From a virus (Duplodnaviria > Caudoviricetes), in IMG/VR virus record IMGVR_UViG_3300033067_001199, positions 1-64,000 of that record: 64,000 nt of DNA. One strand, given 5' to 3'. Positions 1-9,400 of this stretch are shown here, in pieces; the stretch's first letter is position 1, and each line of letters starts with the position of its first letter. The position numbers and the translations under genes are program-made. The notes below the pieces were generated by a model. That model was not told the origin of the DNA. It saw nothing but the letters and a program-made list of their open reading frames with translations, and ran no database searches.

Positions 1-3000
1 TATTTTTAACAATTTCTAATTCTTCTTGTCTTCTTCTTTCTATATCAGCTTTCTTAGCTTCTAAATCAGAAACAGGTTTTACACTAGACTCAATAGAAGT
101 TTCCTTCGGCATATACTTATCCCAAATCTCCTGCACCTCCCTTTCGGCTAAGTCAAAGGTTTCGTTCATCTTCTGCTCATCCGCAGCAACCCTTTCCTTG
201 TCACCAAAAGCAAATCCAGAATCTACGTTATGCTTATTCCTAGCCCACCGCTGTATCAATGCTAAAGGGTCGTTGTTCAAATAGGTTTCCCCATTCGCAC
301 GAATCTCAACACCTGGGACATATCCATACTTCGCCTTTATCTGCTCCACCTTATTTTTAAAATCGGTGTATCTTTCTTTGATAGCAGTAGGAATGCTGGA
401 AACAAAATCGGGTTTCTTATATCCTGTACCAAGGAGTTCATCAACACTTTCTGGCGAAACCGGTTCGTATTGTTTAGTTTCTACAACCTCGCCACGACTC
501 ATCTTAGCCCTCTTCTCCCTCTCCGAAACCATTCCCTCCAAATACTTTTTCGCGTGCTCCCTCTTTGTTTTGAAGTCCTCTGGGGTTTCAAATGACTTAC
601 CCGGCCTTAGTTTACCGGTAGCCTGCTTTTCCTTTTGCTCCGCCTCTTTTACGAATCCCTCTTTCCTGTATTGAGCAGCCTCATCCAGCAACTGCGCTTT
701 CTGCTCTGGCGTGTATTCATCTGGAAGAGAGTTGATGAACTTAGAGTCATTCAACTGCTCCAAACCGAACACCTTCTCTCTGAACTTCTGCCTGTCAATT
801 CGGGTAAGCATTTCCTTTGCCGTACGAATAGCCGCTTCCGGTGAGTAGTCGCCTTGTGTCAGAACACTTCCTGTCCCTTTCTCTACAACTTGAAACTCTG
901 GCAAAGCTCCGTCCTTTTGGGCTTTGATTACGGAGAAATCCATATCCTCATATCCCTTGAACGTCCCTTCCGGAATGGCTTGGTGCTCCTCAACCTTGTC
1001 GGCACCGACTAGGCTTTTGTGGTCCTTCCTGATATTGATGAGATTAGTAGGCTTCCCCTCCTCTTTTTGCTTAGCCTCCTCCGCATCGTATCGAGCGTTT
1101 ATCTGGTCTTCCAACTTCTTCTTGTCAACTTGGTTAATCACATGAGCAACTTCCTCTAGTTCACTTGCCCTTGTTTTAACCTCTGGCTTCGGTTTTTCTT
1201 CTTCTGTCGGCTTTTCTTCTGGCTTTTTCTCTTCGGCAGGCGCTTTAACTTCTGCTTCTGGCTTAGCCTCTTCCTCAAACCCAGCAACAACATCAGCAAC
1301 CTGTTCAGCATCCGCAGCAAATCCTTTTGAATCCAAATCAGTTGCCAACTTCTGCCATCCAGCAACTTTCGCTTTTGCCCTAGTTTCGCCAAACTCTTTT
1401 ATTAGAGCTTTGGGAGAACCCAGACCAAGAGCCATCCCGACAAAGAAATCAGTAGTTAAAGTTTTGAGCACATCATTACCGGTGCCAAAATGCTCGTCCA
1501 TGGCAGTCTGAAAGTCCTTGTTTGTGGTCAACGACTGAACCAATGCGTTAGCCACACCAGAACCGCCCATACCTGCAGCGCCTCCGCCAATACCATTCCT
1601 AACAGTATAGTTCGCAACCGTCTTTAAGGCAGAACCCCAGAACCCTGTTGGAGCATACGGCAAATCAAACTTACTGAACGCCTGTTGACCTGCATAAAAA
1701 CCAGCGCCACCGGTTGCATCACCAGCGGCCATCTCAAACTTAACCGCCTCTTCTGTCGCACCTATCAAGTGACCAAACAGTTTATCAATAATCTTCGGGC
1801 TTTCAAGAAGCACCCTCTGGGCAGACTTCAAACCTGCTATCTCCGCACCAGACTCAACCGCGGCACCTGCTAATATCAGTTTAGGGATCAACTTTAAACC
1901 CTCACCGGTTCCCTCTCCAATACTTTCAAGCATGAAGTTTTCCGTAGCCTTGTCCATTAGCTTGTTTGTTTCCAAGCCAGATGTCTTAGATGCTTTTGAC
2001 AATTCCTTTGCAAAGGTAGATTCAGAGTTGTTCGCTAACCACTCTTTTCCGCCTGGAACATCCTTAACAAGAGATCCGGCCAAAGAACCCCAGAACCCAT
2101 CGCTACTACGGTAGAATGAACTTTTATTTAAAAGATAGGCCTGTTTCAGCGCCTCTCTCTCCATGTAGATATCATCGCGCTCTTTCTGTAACTTATTCGC
2201 CTGCGCTACTTGTTTTGCATTTTCTCCAACCGCGAATAAGTGTTGCAAATTGCCGGCACTCGATAACTCTGCGTAGGTGTATGTCTTACCCTCTACATCA
2301 GACTTTACAGATGAACTTGCCGCCAACATCTCATCCAACTGCCTCAATGCTAAATCGGTTTTCACCAAAGCATTACCCACATTGTCCTTGTAGGTTCTTG
2401 CGTAGGTTTCGGCTTTCTTAGCAACCATTTCCTCCTGCTGGATATCTTTCGGGTCTTTATTCCTCAATTCACCGGTAACAGTAGAGTATAGGTCAGGAGA
2501 ATTTCTTTTCTCATTTATCTGGTTGGTCAAGTCATTCCATTGGGCAGACTTAGTATAGTCCTTACCCAAAAATTGCTGAAGAGATTCCCTTTGCTTGATT
2601 AGCTTGTAAATCTCTGCTTGTTTCGGAGTAAGTGAAGAGTTGGCAATCTGCTCGATACGCTGCTCGTCAAACTCTTTCATTAAAACGGCATCTGGTTTAT
2701 CCGGATTAGCCGCTTTCAACTTCTCAATCTGAACATTGTATATTCCGTTATTCCGACTTTTAGCATACCTGTCAGTAGCCATCTGAAAAGCAGACTCAAA
2801 GGCCTTATCAAAAACCTCGATATTCTTATTCTGCCTGCGCATAACCTCTTTCAGAGCGTCCTTCTCCTCCTCATCCATGTAGGCTATGTTGCCATCCTTG
2901 TTATAAGCCCTGAGCTGCGCGTCTATGCTCTCTACTGCGTTAGCCTCTTTCAAAGCGACAGCCTGCTTAACCTGCTTATTGGATTCAACTACTTCCGGTG

Positions 3001-3289
3001 ACGGCTTAACGATATTATCGGACGCAACAACACCGGCACGTTTAGAGTCTTCCCCTAAAGTAACCGGTGGCAACTTCTCGAATGCTTCTCGCTTTTTCCT
3101 ATCCTCATCTGATTCAACAGGTGCCGGAGTAGGTTTAACTTCTTCTTCTGTAACAGTTTCGGTTGTTTGCCTTGGCCTATCCTTTAGCAACTCTTCAAAA
3201 TCCCCTTGTGGCTTATCCAATTCGTCAAGCGATGGCACATGATTGTTTTCGAGTTCTTCTAGTGATGGCGGTATGTTGTTTGGAGTCAT
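1..3289 (-). CDS. Giant virion ejection/cargo protein, N-terminal part (partial, >1096 aa, runs off the left edge; absent from ORF track)
   Basis: Manually translated from ATG at 3289 (ATGA overlap with the upstream stop) to base 1 with no stop: MTPNNIPPSLEELENN...ADIERRRQEELEIVKN. Charged/helical, with a Gly/Ala-rich hydrophobic segment and an E/K/P linker. Last of three genes after the tail nozzle. Confidence 0.85.
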   Translation of the reverse strand, partial: MTPNNIPPSLEELENNHVPSLDELDKPQGDFEELLKDRPRQTTETVTEEEVKPTPAPVESDEDRKKREAFEKLPPVTLGEDSKRAGVVASDNIVKPSPEVVESNKQVKQAVALKEANAVESIDAQLRAYNKDGNIAYMDEEEKDALKEVMRRQNKNIEVFDKAFESAFQMATDRYAKSRNNGIYNVQIEKLKAANPDKPDAVLMKEFDEQRIEQIANSSLTPKQAEIYKLIKQRESLQQFLGKDYTKSAQWNDLTNQINEKRNSPDLYSTVTGELRNKDPKDIQQEEMVAKKAETYARTYKDNVGNALVKTDLALRQLDEMLAASSSVKSDVEGKTYTYAELSSAGNLQHLFAVGENAKQVAQANKLQKERDDIYMEREALKQAYLLNKSSFYRSSDGFWGSLAGSLVKDVPGGKEWLANNSESTFAKELSKASKTSGLETNKLMDKATENFMLESIGEGTGEGLKLIPKLILAGAAVESGAEIAGLKSAQRVLLESPKIIDKLFGHLIGATEEAVKFEMAAGDATGGAGFYAGQQAFSKFDLPYAPTGFWGSALKTVANYTVRNGIGGGAAGMGGSGVANALVQSLTTNKDFQTAMDEHFGTGNDVLKTLTTDFFVGMALGLGSPKALIKEFGETRAKAKVAGWQKLATDLDSKGFAADAEQVADVVAGFEEEAKPEAEVKAPAEEKKPEEKPTEEEKPKPEVKTRASELEEVAHVINQVDKKKLEDQINARYDAEEAKQKEEGKPTNLINIRKDHKSLVGADKVEEHQAIPEGTFKGYEDMDFSVIKAQKDGALPEFQVVEKGTGSVLTQGDYSPEAAIRTAKEMLTRIDRQKFREKVFGLEQLNDSKFINSLPDEYTPEQKAQLLDEAAQYRKEGFVKEAEQKEKQATGKLRPGKSFETPEDFKTKREHAKKYLEGMVSEREKRAKMSRGEVVETKQYEPVSPESVDELLGTGYKKPDFVSSIPTAIKERYTDFKNKVEQIKAKYGYVPGVEIRANGETYLNNDPLALIQRWARNKHNVDSGFAFGDKERVAADEQKMNETFDLAEREVQEIWDKYMPKETSIESSVKPVSDLEAKKADIERRRQEELEIVKN

Positions 3290-5391
3290 TTTACTTCGTA
3301 GCCTTTAGCTTTATATTTTTGAATTAGTTCAGCATCCGTTCCTTTGAAATTAGGATTTGCCGCCTTTACATCTGCTAAAGTAAAAGTTTTCTTAGGAGCA
3401 GCAGCGTTTACCCCAACAGTTTTTACCAACTCTCCTTTTTCCTTTATCAAGGCCTTGTTTTCTGCCATTACAGCATCCGCAATAGAGGCCTTTCGCGCAT
3501 CGTACGAGGCAGACTTAGGATTAGAGTATTCTGTATAGTTGCCCAGAGCCTTATACTTAGCCTCATTCTCTGCCATCTTCGCATCTACCTCTAACATTCT
3601 AGCTTTTGACTGCTCTAGCGTCAAATTCTTATAGTTCTGACCCTTTGCCAATCCAACACCAGACCACGTACCGCTTTTCGCGTCAAACCATTTATTCTGT
3701 TTCCCTATTTCTTGAGCCATTGTAATCATAAGTCCAGCATCCTTCCCATAAGCAGGTTCACCAACTACCAAACCATTAATAAGCTGCCCCAAATCGGTTA
3801 TTGCCTGGTAACCAGAACCAGGCATTTTTGCAATTTTCTCCAACTCCTGCTGCTTGTTGGCCATCAACTGCTGAAGCACCGCCTTTCTTTGCGGTGTAGC
3901 CGTTTCCATTTCCTTTCCCATAGCCTCCAACTCCGTTCTGATAGGAATAGTCATGTTCGCTATGTTTGCCTTGCCTGCGGCAACTGACCTAGGTGTCTGA
4001 ATAAGAAGCATAGGCTTTCCATCAGATGAGGTGGTATGTATTATTTGCTGAATAGGGTTATCAATAACACCAGCCTTTGCCCTTGGTCCGAATTGCTGTA
4101 AGGTAAAAGCTAATCCTTTCTTAGTCCCATTCGCACCTACATCAAGCATCTCGTCTTCGCCAGAAAACAAAGCCTTGGCCTGTGATAAAATTCCAGATAT
4201 CACCATTTTTGAAGCCTCCATTTTGCCGTATAATGCGGCTGACTCTTTTCTAAACGCCATATCACCAGCATTCATGCGTAAATCCTTGGAAAGTTCTTTT
4301 TCTTGCGCAACAGGAACAATGTACATTTGTGCAGCATACAGCGTTTCGGGAGTAATAATTCTACCCGTCTTCTCTGATTTAGAGGCCGCGGCATCAATGT
4401 ATTGCTGTGCCCCTGCTGGCTGATTTTTTAGAATATCTTGCCATTCACCTAATACCCTATCTCTAAACTTCGGATTACTATTCATAGCGTATTCAGCTGC
4501 ATCGTAAACGTGCTCTGGGGTAACGAACTTATCGTATTGAACTCCTGTCCTTTTTGTTTCGAAGTCGTATGTAGTTTTAGTTATTGGGTGCCAATCGTCT
4601 TTAGGATCATCAATCAACTTGCGAGAAAACTTTCCGTTATCCTCTTTATACTCATACTGACGCTCACCGGCTAAGTCCTTACCATACGTTTGCTTCTCCT
4701 TTATGTAGTCCGCCCCTTTTTCTTTATCGTGCACAACCTCGGAAGTCACCTCTTGAAACTTATTTACACCAGACTTTGCATCTGGTTTGAGCAAATCATT
4801 CCTAACGTAGTTATCCAAATCCCAATCCTCTGGGACCAATAACTGAAACTCCGTCTTTGACCTTTCTTCCAATGGCGCTTCTTTGAATTTCCTCATAGCC
4901 TCCATGGACTTATCGAAGTTGTATCTTCTTGGCTTGTCACCCTTTCCATCTTCGGACAACTCTTTTTCAGCGGCCAGAAGTTGGGTTTTGTGCATGGCAC
5001 TAGCTTCCTGCCATGTTTCAAGTTCGCGCTTTTTTTTGTTGGCCATGTTGTAATCCTGCAGGAAGCGAGGATTATCCGGGTCATTACCCTGCATAAGCGC
5101 ATTTGTGTACATATCCTCCATCGCTTTCTTGCCGGCAACGAAAACAGGAGCATCCTTATCCAGAATGTCCTTGGAGTCAAGTTTGATATCCTTGAACATT
5201 TCTCCGAGCTTCTTATTTTGTGCCGCCTGTTGCGCCTGCTTTTGCTTTGCCCAATCATCTACACGCTGATTAGAAAGCATCATCAAATCAACAACACTAG
5301 CGCCAGAGTCTTTAAGCACAACGGCACTAGCGCCAGCGGCATTAGCCGATGAGTTGCTTTCTGGGTCGAAATCTAATCCTTCTGGTATCAT
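3286..5391 (-). CDS. Internal virion/ejection protein (701 aa)
   Basis: Long helical ORF between the pilot-like gene and the giant gene. Position matches podovirus ejection proteins; no catalytic motif recognised. Confidence 0.65.
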   Translation of the reverse strand: MIPEGLDFDPESNSSANAAGASAVVLKDSGASVVDLMMLSNQRVDDWAKQKQAQQAAQNKKLGEMFKDIKLDSKDILDKDAPVFVAGKKAMEDMYTNALMQGNDPDNPRFLQDYNMANKKKRELETWQEASAMHKTQLLAAEKELSEDGKGDKPRRYNFDKSMEAMRKFKEAPLEERSKTEFQLLVPEDWDLDNYVRNDLLKPDAKSGVNKFQEVTSEVVHDKEKGADYIKEKQTYGKDLAGERQYEYKEDNGKFSRKLIDDPKDDWHPITKTTYDFETKRTGVQYDKFVTPEHVYDAAEYAMNSNPKFRDRVLGEWQDILKNQPAGAQQYIDAAASKSEKTGRIITPETLYAAQMYIVPVAQEKELSKDLRMNAGDMAFRKESAALYGKMEASKMVISGILSQAKALFSGEDEMLDVGANGTKKGLAFTLQQFGPRAKAGVIDNPIQQIIHTTSSDGKPMLLIQTPRSVAAGKANIANMTIPIRTELEAMGKEMETATPQRKAVLQQLMANKQQELEKIAKMPGSGYQAITDLGQLINGLVVGEPAYGKDAGLMITMAQEIGKQNKWFDAKSGTWSGVGLAKGQNYKNLTLEQSKARMLEVDAKMAENEAKYKALGNYTEYSNPKSASYDARKASIADAVMAENKALIKEKGELVKTVGVNAAAPKKTFTLADVKAANPNFKGTDAELIQKYKAKGYEVK

Positions 5392-5402
5392 CTTGTGTAT
5401 TT

Positions 5403-6062
5403 TTACATTCCGTATTGACCGAAACCAAATGGATTGTCGCCCATTCCAGCGCCCATTGTAACTCCTCCCCCTTGTGTTCCAATATCTTTCATGCCATCTA
5501 AAGTAGTTCCAAGCGAAGAGCCAATACTTCCAAACATAGATGCTACTATCCTATCGGCATCACTTCTATTCAAATCTGCCGCGGCTTGATACTGACTTGC
5601 CACTTTATTCAACTTTGCTCGTTCAATGCGCGCCAACGTATCGTAATTTGTCTGCCACGCATATTGAGTATCTGCTAAATTAGATTGCTGTGCCGCTGTG
5701 TAAGAAGCGTTATCGGTATAAAGTTTTCGTTTGCTTGCATCTGCATTTCCTTGAAGTCCTGCAATGAAAGACATCAACTGCCCTCCACTACTTGCACTTT
5801 TTTTACCGATAGCAATTTGATTCGCTTCGTTTTCGTCAATAGTTTCAAGATACTGTTGAAGTCCGGGCATCCCGTTATTCGCTAAGTATTGCTTCAGTAT
5901 AAACGCTGGGTCGTCAGTCACCTTCTTGGCAACAACATTTCCGGCTTCCTTGCTAAACTGTTGCGCTTTCTTTCCTTGCTCACCGGCAAGTTGATTCTCG
6001 TTAGATGCTTGAATACCTGCACCTATCAGCGAACCCATCATTCCCATTATTGCGCCTACCAT
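5403..6062 (-). CDS. Small ejection/DNA-pilot-like protein (219 aa)
   Basis: Gly/Met/Ala-rich termini (MVGAIMGMMGSLIGAG...; GGGVTMGAGMG) with a Gln/Ala coiled coil, typical of podovirus internal core proteins. Confidence 0.65.
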   Translation of the reverse strand: MVGAIMGMMGSLIGAGIQASNENQLAGEQGKKAQQFSKEAGNVVAKKVTDDPAFILKQYLANNGMPGLQQYLETIDENEANQIAIGKKSASSGGQLMSFIAGLQGNADASKRKLYTDNASYTAAQQSNLADTQYAWQTNYDTLARIERAKLNKVASQYQAAADLNRSDADRIVASMFGSIGSSLGTTLDGMKDIGTQGGGVTMGAGMGDNPFGFGQYGM

Positions 6063-6064
6063 AA

Positions 6065-6424
6065 TTAGTATTTTTCGGTGACTAAAAATTTTTCATCCAA
6101 TTTCGCTCCTCTAATCCATTCGTTACAAAGTCGGGCGTTATCTGCAAAGAAACCTTCTCTGGTTCTGTCGCCTCCAAACAACTGAAATGATTTTTCAACA
6201 TTACAAACATCAGGGCGGTTCGCGTAATCACTACACTTTCCATCTTCTCCTAATTTTTCGCAATGCCCTTTTTCATTAAACTTAAAAGGGAACGATGCGA
6301 TAGCTTTTGTCATTGGAGAAGCCTTTGTTTTTTTGTTCTGCAACATCCATTGTCTTGCACCCTTAACGGCTTTGCCAACCCGCTTGCAACACAATCCACA
6401 TCCAGAGCATTGAAATTCTACCAT
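6065..6424 (-). CDS. YkgJ-like CxxCxxCC cysteine-cluster (Zn/Fe-chelating) protein
   Basis: FQCSGCGLCC...CEKLGEDGKCSDYANRPDVC matches the CxxCxxCC family pattern. Confidence 0.85.
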   Translation of the reverse strand: MVEFQCSGCGLCCKRVGKAVKGARQWMLQNKKTKASPMTKAIASFPFKFNEKGHCEKLGEDGKCSDYANRPDVCNVEKSFQLFGGDRTREGFFADNARLCNEWIRGAKLDEKFLVTEKY

Positions 6425-6429
6425 ATCGC

Positions 6430-6437
6430 AAAATTAA
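6430..6437 (-). promoter_or_regulatory. Bacteroidota-type -7 element (TAATTTTG) in front of the YkgJ gene
   Basis: Minus strand reads TAATTTTGCGATATG, matching TAnnTTTG; the -33 element is weak. Confidence 0.45.
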
Positions 6438-6441
6438 AAAA

Positions 6442-9400
6442 TCAAGTGTTACCCGATGAATCAGTTACTAATATGTTCGTGCTCCTTAAATCTGCCTTCT
6501 CCGTTGCATCATTTTCCATTTCCAAAACAAGTACAGAAGAACGTAAATCTTTGCCATCCAGAATAGGAATTGCCGCAGATAAAGTATTAAGGTCTTTGGC
6601 GAACCATGCGTTCCAATACTCCTCTAACTTTTCAAATCTTGGTTTCACTATTCTTGATAACTGATTAAGTTCATTCGTAATAACCGGCACACTCCAATTA
6701 TTTACTTTGTCTTGGTCATTCTGTTTTTGCTCGAGATACACAGCCAACCATAACAGCACCGGATAACCCTGCATGTAAGCGCACAGTTTCAATTTCCATT
6801 TGTAGTAAACTCCGTAGAATGTTCCTATCGGTCCTACATCATGCAGATAAAGTTGACCGTTCTTCCATGTAACTAAATCAAATCCTACCGGACTCATATT
6901 GTCTGGGAGATAAGAGTAAAAAGTCGTCCAACGTTGCTTTTGTTTTTGATAGGCAATAGTTTTACCTTCTCCGCGCATCCGAGTAATCACACCTGTTTTA
7001 CCTGCATTGTTTTGAGATATAGGAAGGTCTGTCAAGAAAGTAATATTTACAATGTTTCCAGCCACATCCGTAACCGCTCCCATTGCTGTAACTCGTTCAC
7101 TGGTCACCACATCAATAAGTGATATTTCCACAACTTCATTATCAATATAAATCATCCCATCGGCTACACTTATTGTAAGAACCTTGTTGAAATAGTTTAT
7201 GAATAATCCTGATTGGTCGAACTTATTTTTCCATGCCGCCACTATATACTCTTGATAGAATGAATCGAACGCTCCTACCGCATCCCATATTCCTGCTTGC
7301 GATAACTCATTGAAGTATGTCATTGCTTTCTTGTCCGAAAGAATATCTATCCCATTGTTGTCATATTTCCATGCAATGCCTCTTCCGAAATCAACACCCC
7401 AAATCCATCCATCTTTTTCTACTACGGTTGCTGGGTGTTGTGTTCCAAAATCGCCTATTAGCGGTCTTGAATCCCCTATATAACCCTGTTGAGAAGAAAC
7501 ATTCATCTGTCCTTCTGGCGTTACACCTTGCACCGCCCCCAAGTAATTAGAAACAATTTTATTCTCGCAAACAGCAACCATCACAAACCCAGAAACTTCG
7601 AGCTTTCTAATTGGACCAAATTCTGTTCCAAGTTCCACATCATCAATATCATTGAATTGATTTAAGCCATTGATTCCAGTTTCTGGTATGTATTGGTCTG
7701 ATATTCTGAATGAACCACCTCTATAAAGTTCTCTGAACCTTACACTAATTATTCCAGTCCTGCCGAGGTCTTGGTCTGGGCTTAAAAAGAAATCAGACAC
7801 ATTTCCATCTTCAATTATCACTTCATAAAAAGAACTGAAATTGGTTACATCATCATTTACTATAATCGCCCTTCCCCTCCAATATGTATCTCCGTTTTTA
7901 AAAGAGCCACTATAATTGGCAAGCACTCCATTATTCACCGGTATTACCTCTCCTACTTCATAGAATATTTCTTCTTCTAATGTTTCAACAGATTTGGAAT
8001 TATATATTTCGAATAAGGTTCCCGATTTTATTTCTGCCTGTATGCTTTTTGCATTTATGATTACCGATAGTGTCGCTAAATCAAATCCAACTATCTCGAA
8101 CTCAACCGGACCATTAATTGGGTTAAGAAATCTATCACCAATCAATCTTAATCTGTCACCGGCTTGATATTGATACTGAACTAAGCTATTGGGATTATAG
8201 GCGGCATAAGTATTTATGTTGCGGAGGGATATTTTAATTGCAACTGCATCTTGATTCTGAGGATTGGTTTCTATCTCGGGTGTTGCAGTAGTGGCTATTG
8301 CGCTCAAGTAAATTACTTCATTCGCTATCCATTGCAGGTATCTTCCATAAACGCTGTTTTTAGTTCGCATCCATTGGAACGACTTAACCCACGAAGGAAA
8401 AACAGTTGTCGGGTCAATGCTCCAATTTATTGTTGGCTTTCCATACTTAAACGTACCTGCAGGATATTGATTAGGAAGTGTTTTATGCAAGTCCTCTGTG
8501 ATGAATGGCACATAAATTTCAAATGCTTGAAAGCAACTGCAAAAACGCCCAGCGGCATCATACAATCTGCCAACGTATTTATACTTACCCCCTCTCTTAT
8601 GCGCCTTTTGTTTTGGGTCACTCTGTTCATCAATGATGAAATTTGGAACGATGAATGGAAATAGCGGATTGTATTGACCCACGCCTGTTCCAAACGGGTC
8701 AATGGCAATTAAAAGCTCTTGTCCATTAGGATAAATAGGTAAGCAGGAACCAGGCAAAGAGAAAATCAAACCATCAACTACTCTATTTTTGTTATCGGTT
8801 ATTATCTGCGGCTGATTAGGAAAGTGTGGAATATTAGGAGTTACCATATCCCCAAAGGCAACGAAAGAATAATTACCATCTTCATCAACTATATCGGCTC
8901 TGCCGGATTCATAAACAACAGTTCCATTACCAACCGAATTTCCATTTGAATCAACCACAGAACCGCGAACTATAGTTGAGCAATTTTTTCGAGCACCTCC
9001 CATATTTGCTACCACTATTCCATGTGTTAGGTAAATTCCTAATTGGTTATTATTTATTCCAGAAGAGTCATTTGTTCCATTAAAATCAAATGCAGAAAGA
9101 GTTTTCTTGAACAAGTCGGTTAAGCTACCTATGAACATCGTGGTAGTGTTCAAAATTTGCTTATTGTTTACTTGCCAAGCATACAGAAGTCGGTATGGAT
9201 AATTGTACCCGTATGGATTTCTGTCGCAGATTCCAAAGAAATACCCGTTGTGGTCAGTAGTGCAAATTTCATCATAGGCGCCATCTAACTGACCGGAACC
9301 AGGTTTCGGGGCATCATATTTAACGAGCGCCTTTTCTATCGGAATACCATCAAATCCTTCTGCGTTAGGGTCGGTTATTTCATCCCCGTTATCATCAACA

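Noticed and set aside
366-3242. Short track ORFs in 366-3242
   Set aside because: They are shadow frames of the uninterrupted minus-strand giant ORF 1-3289.
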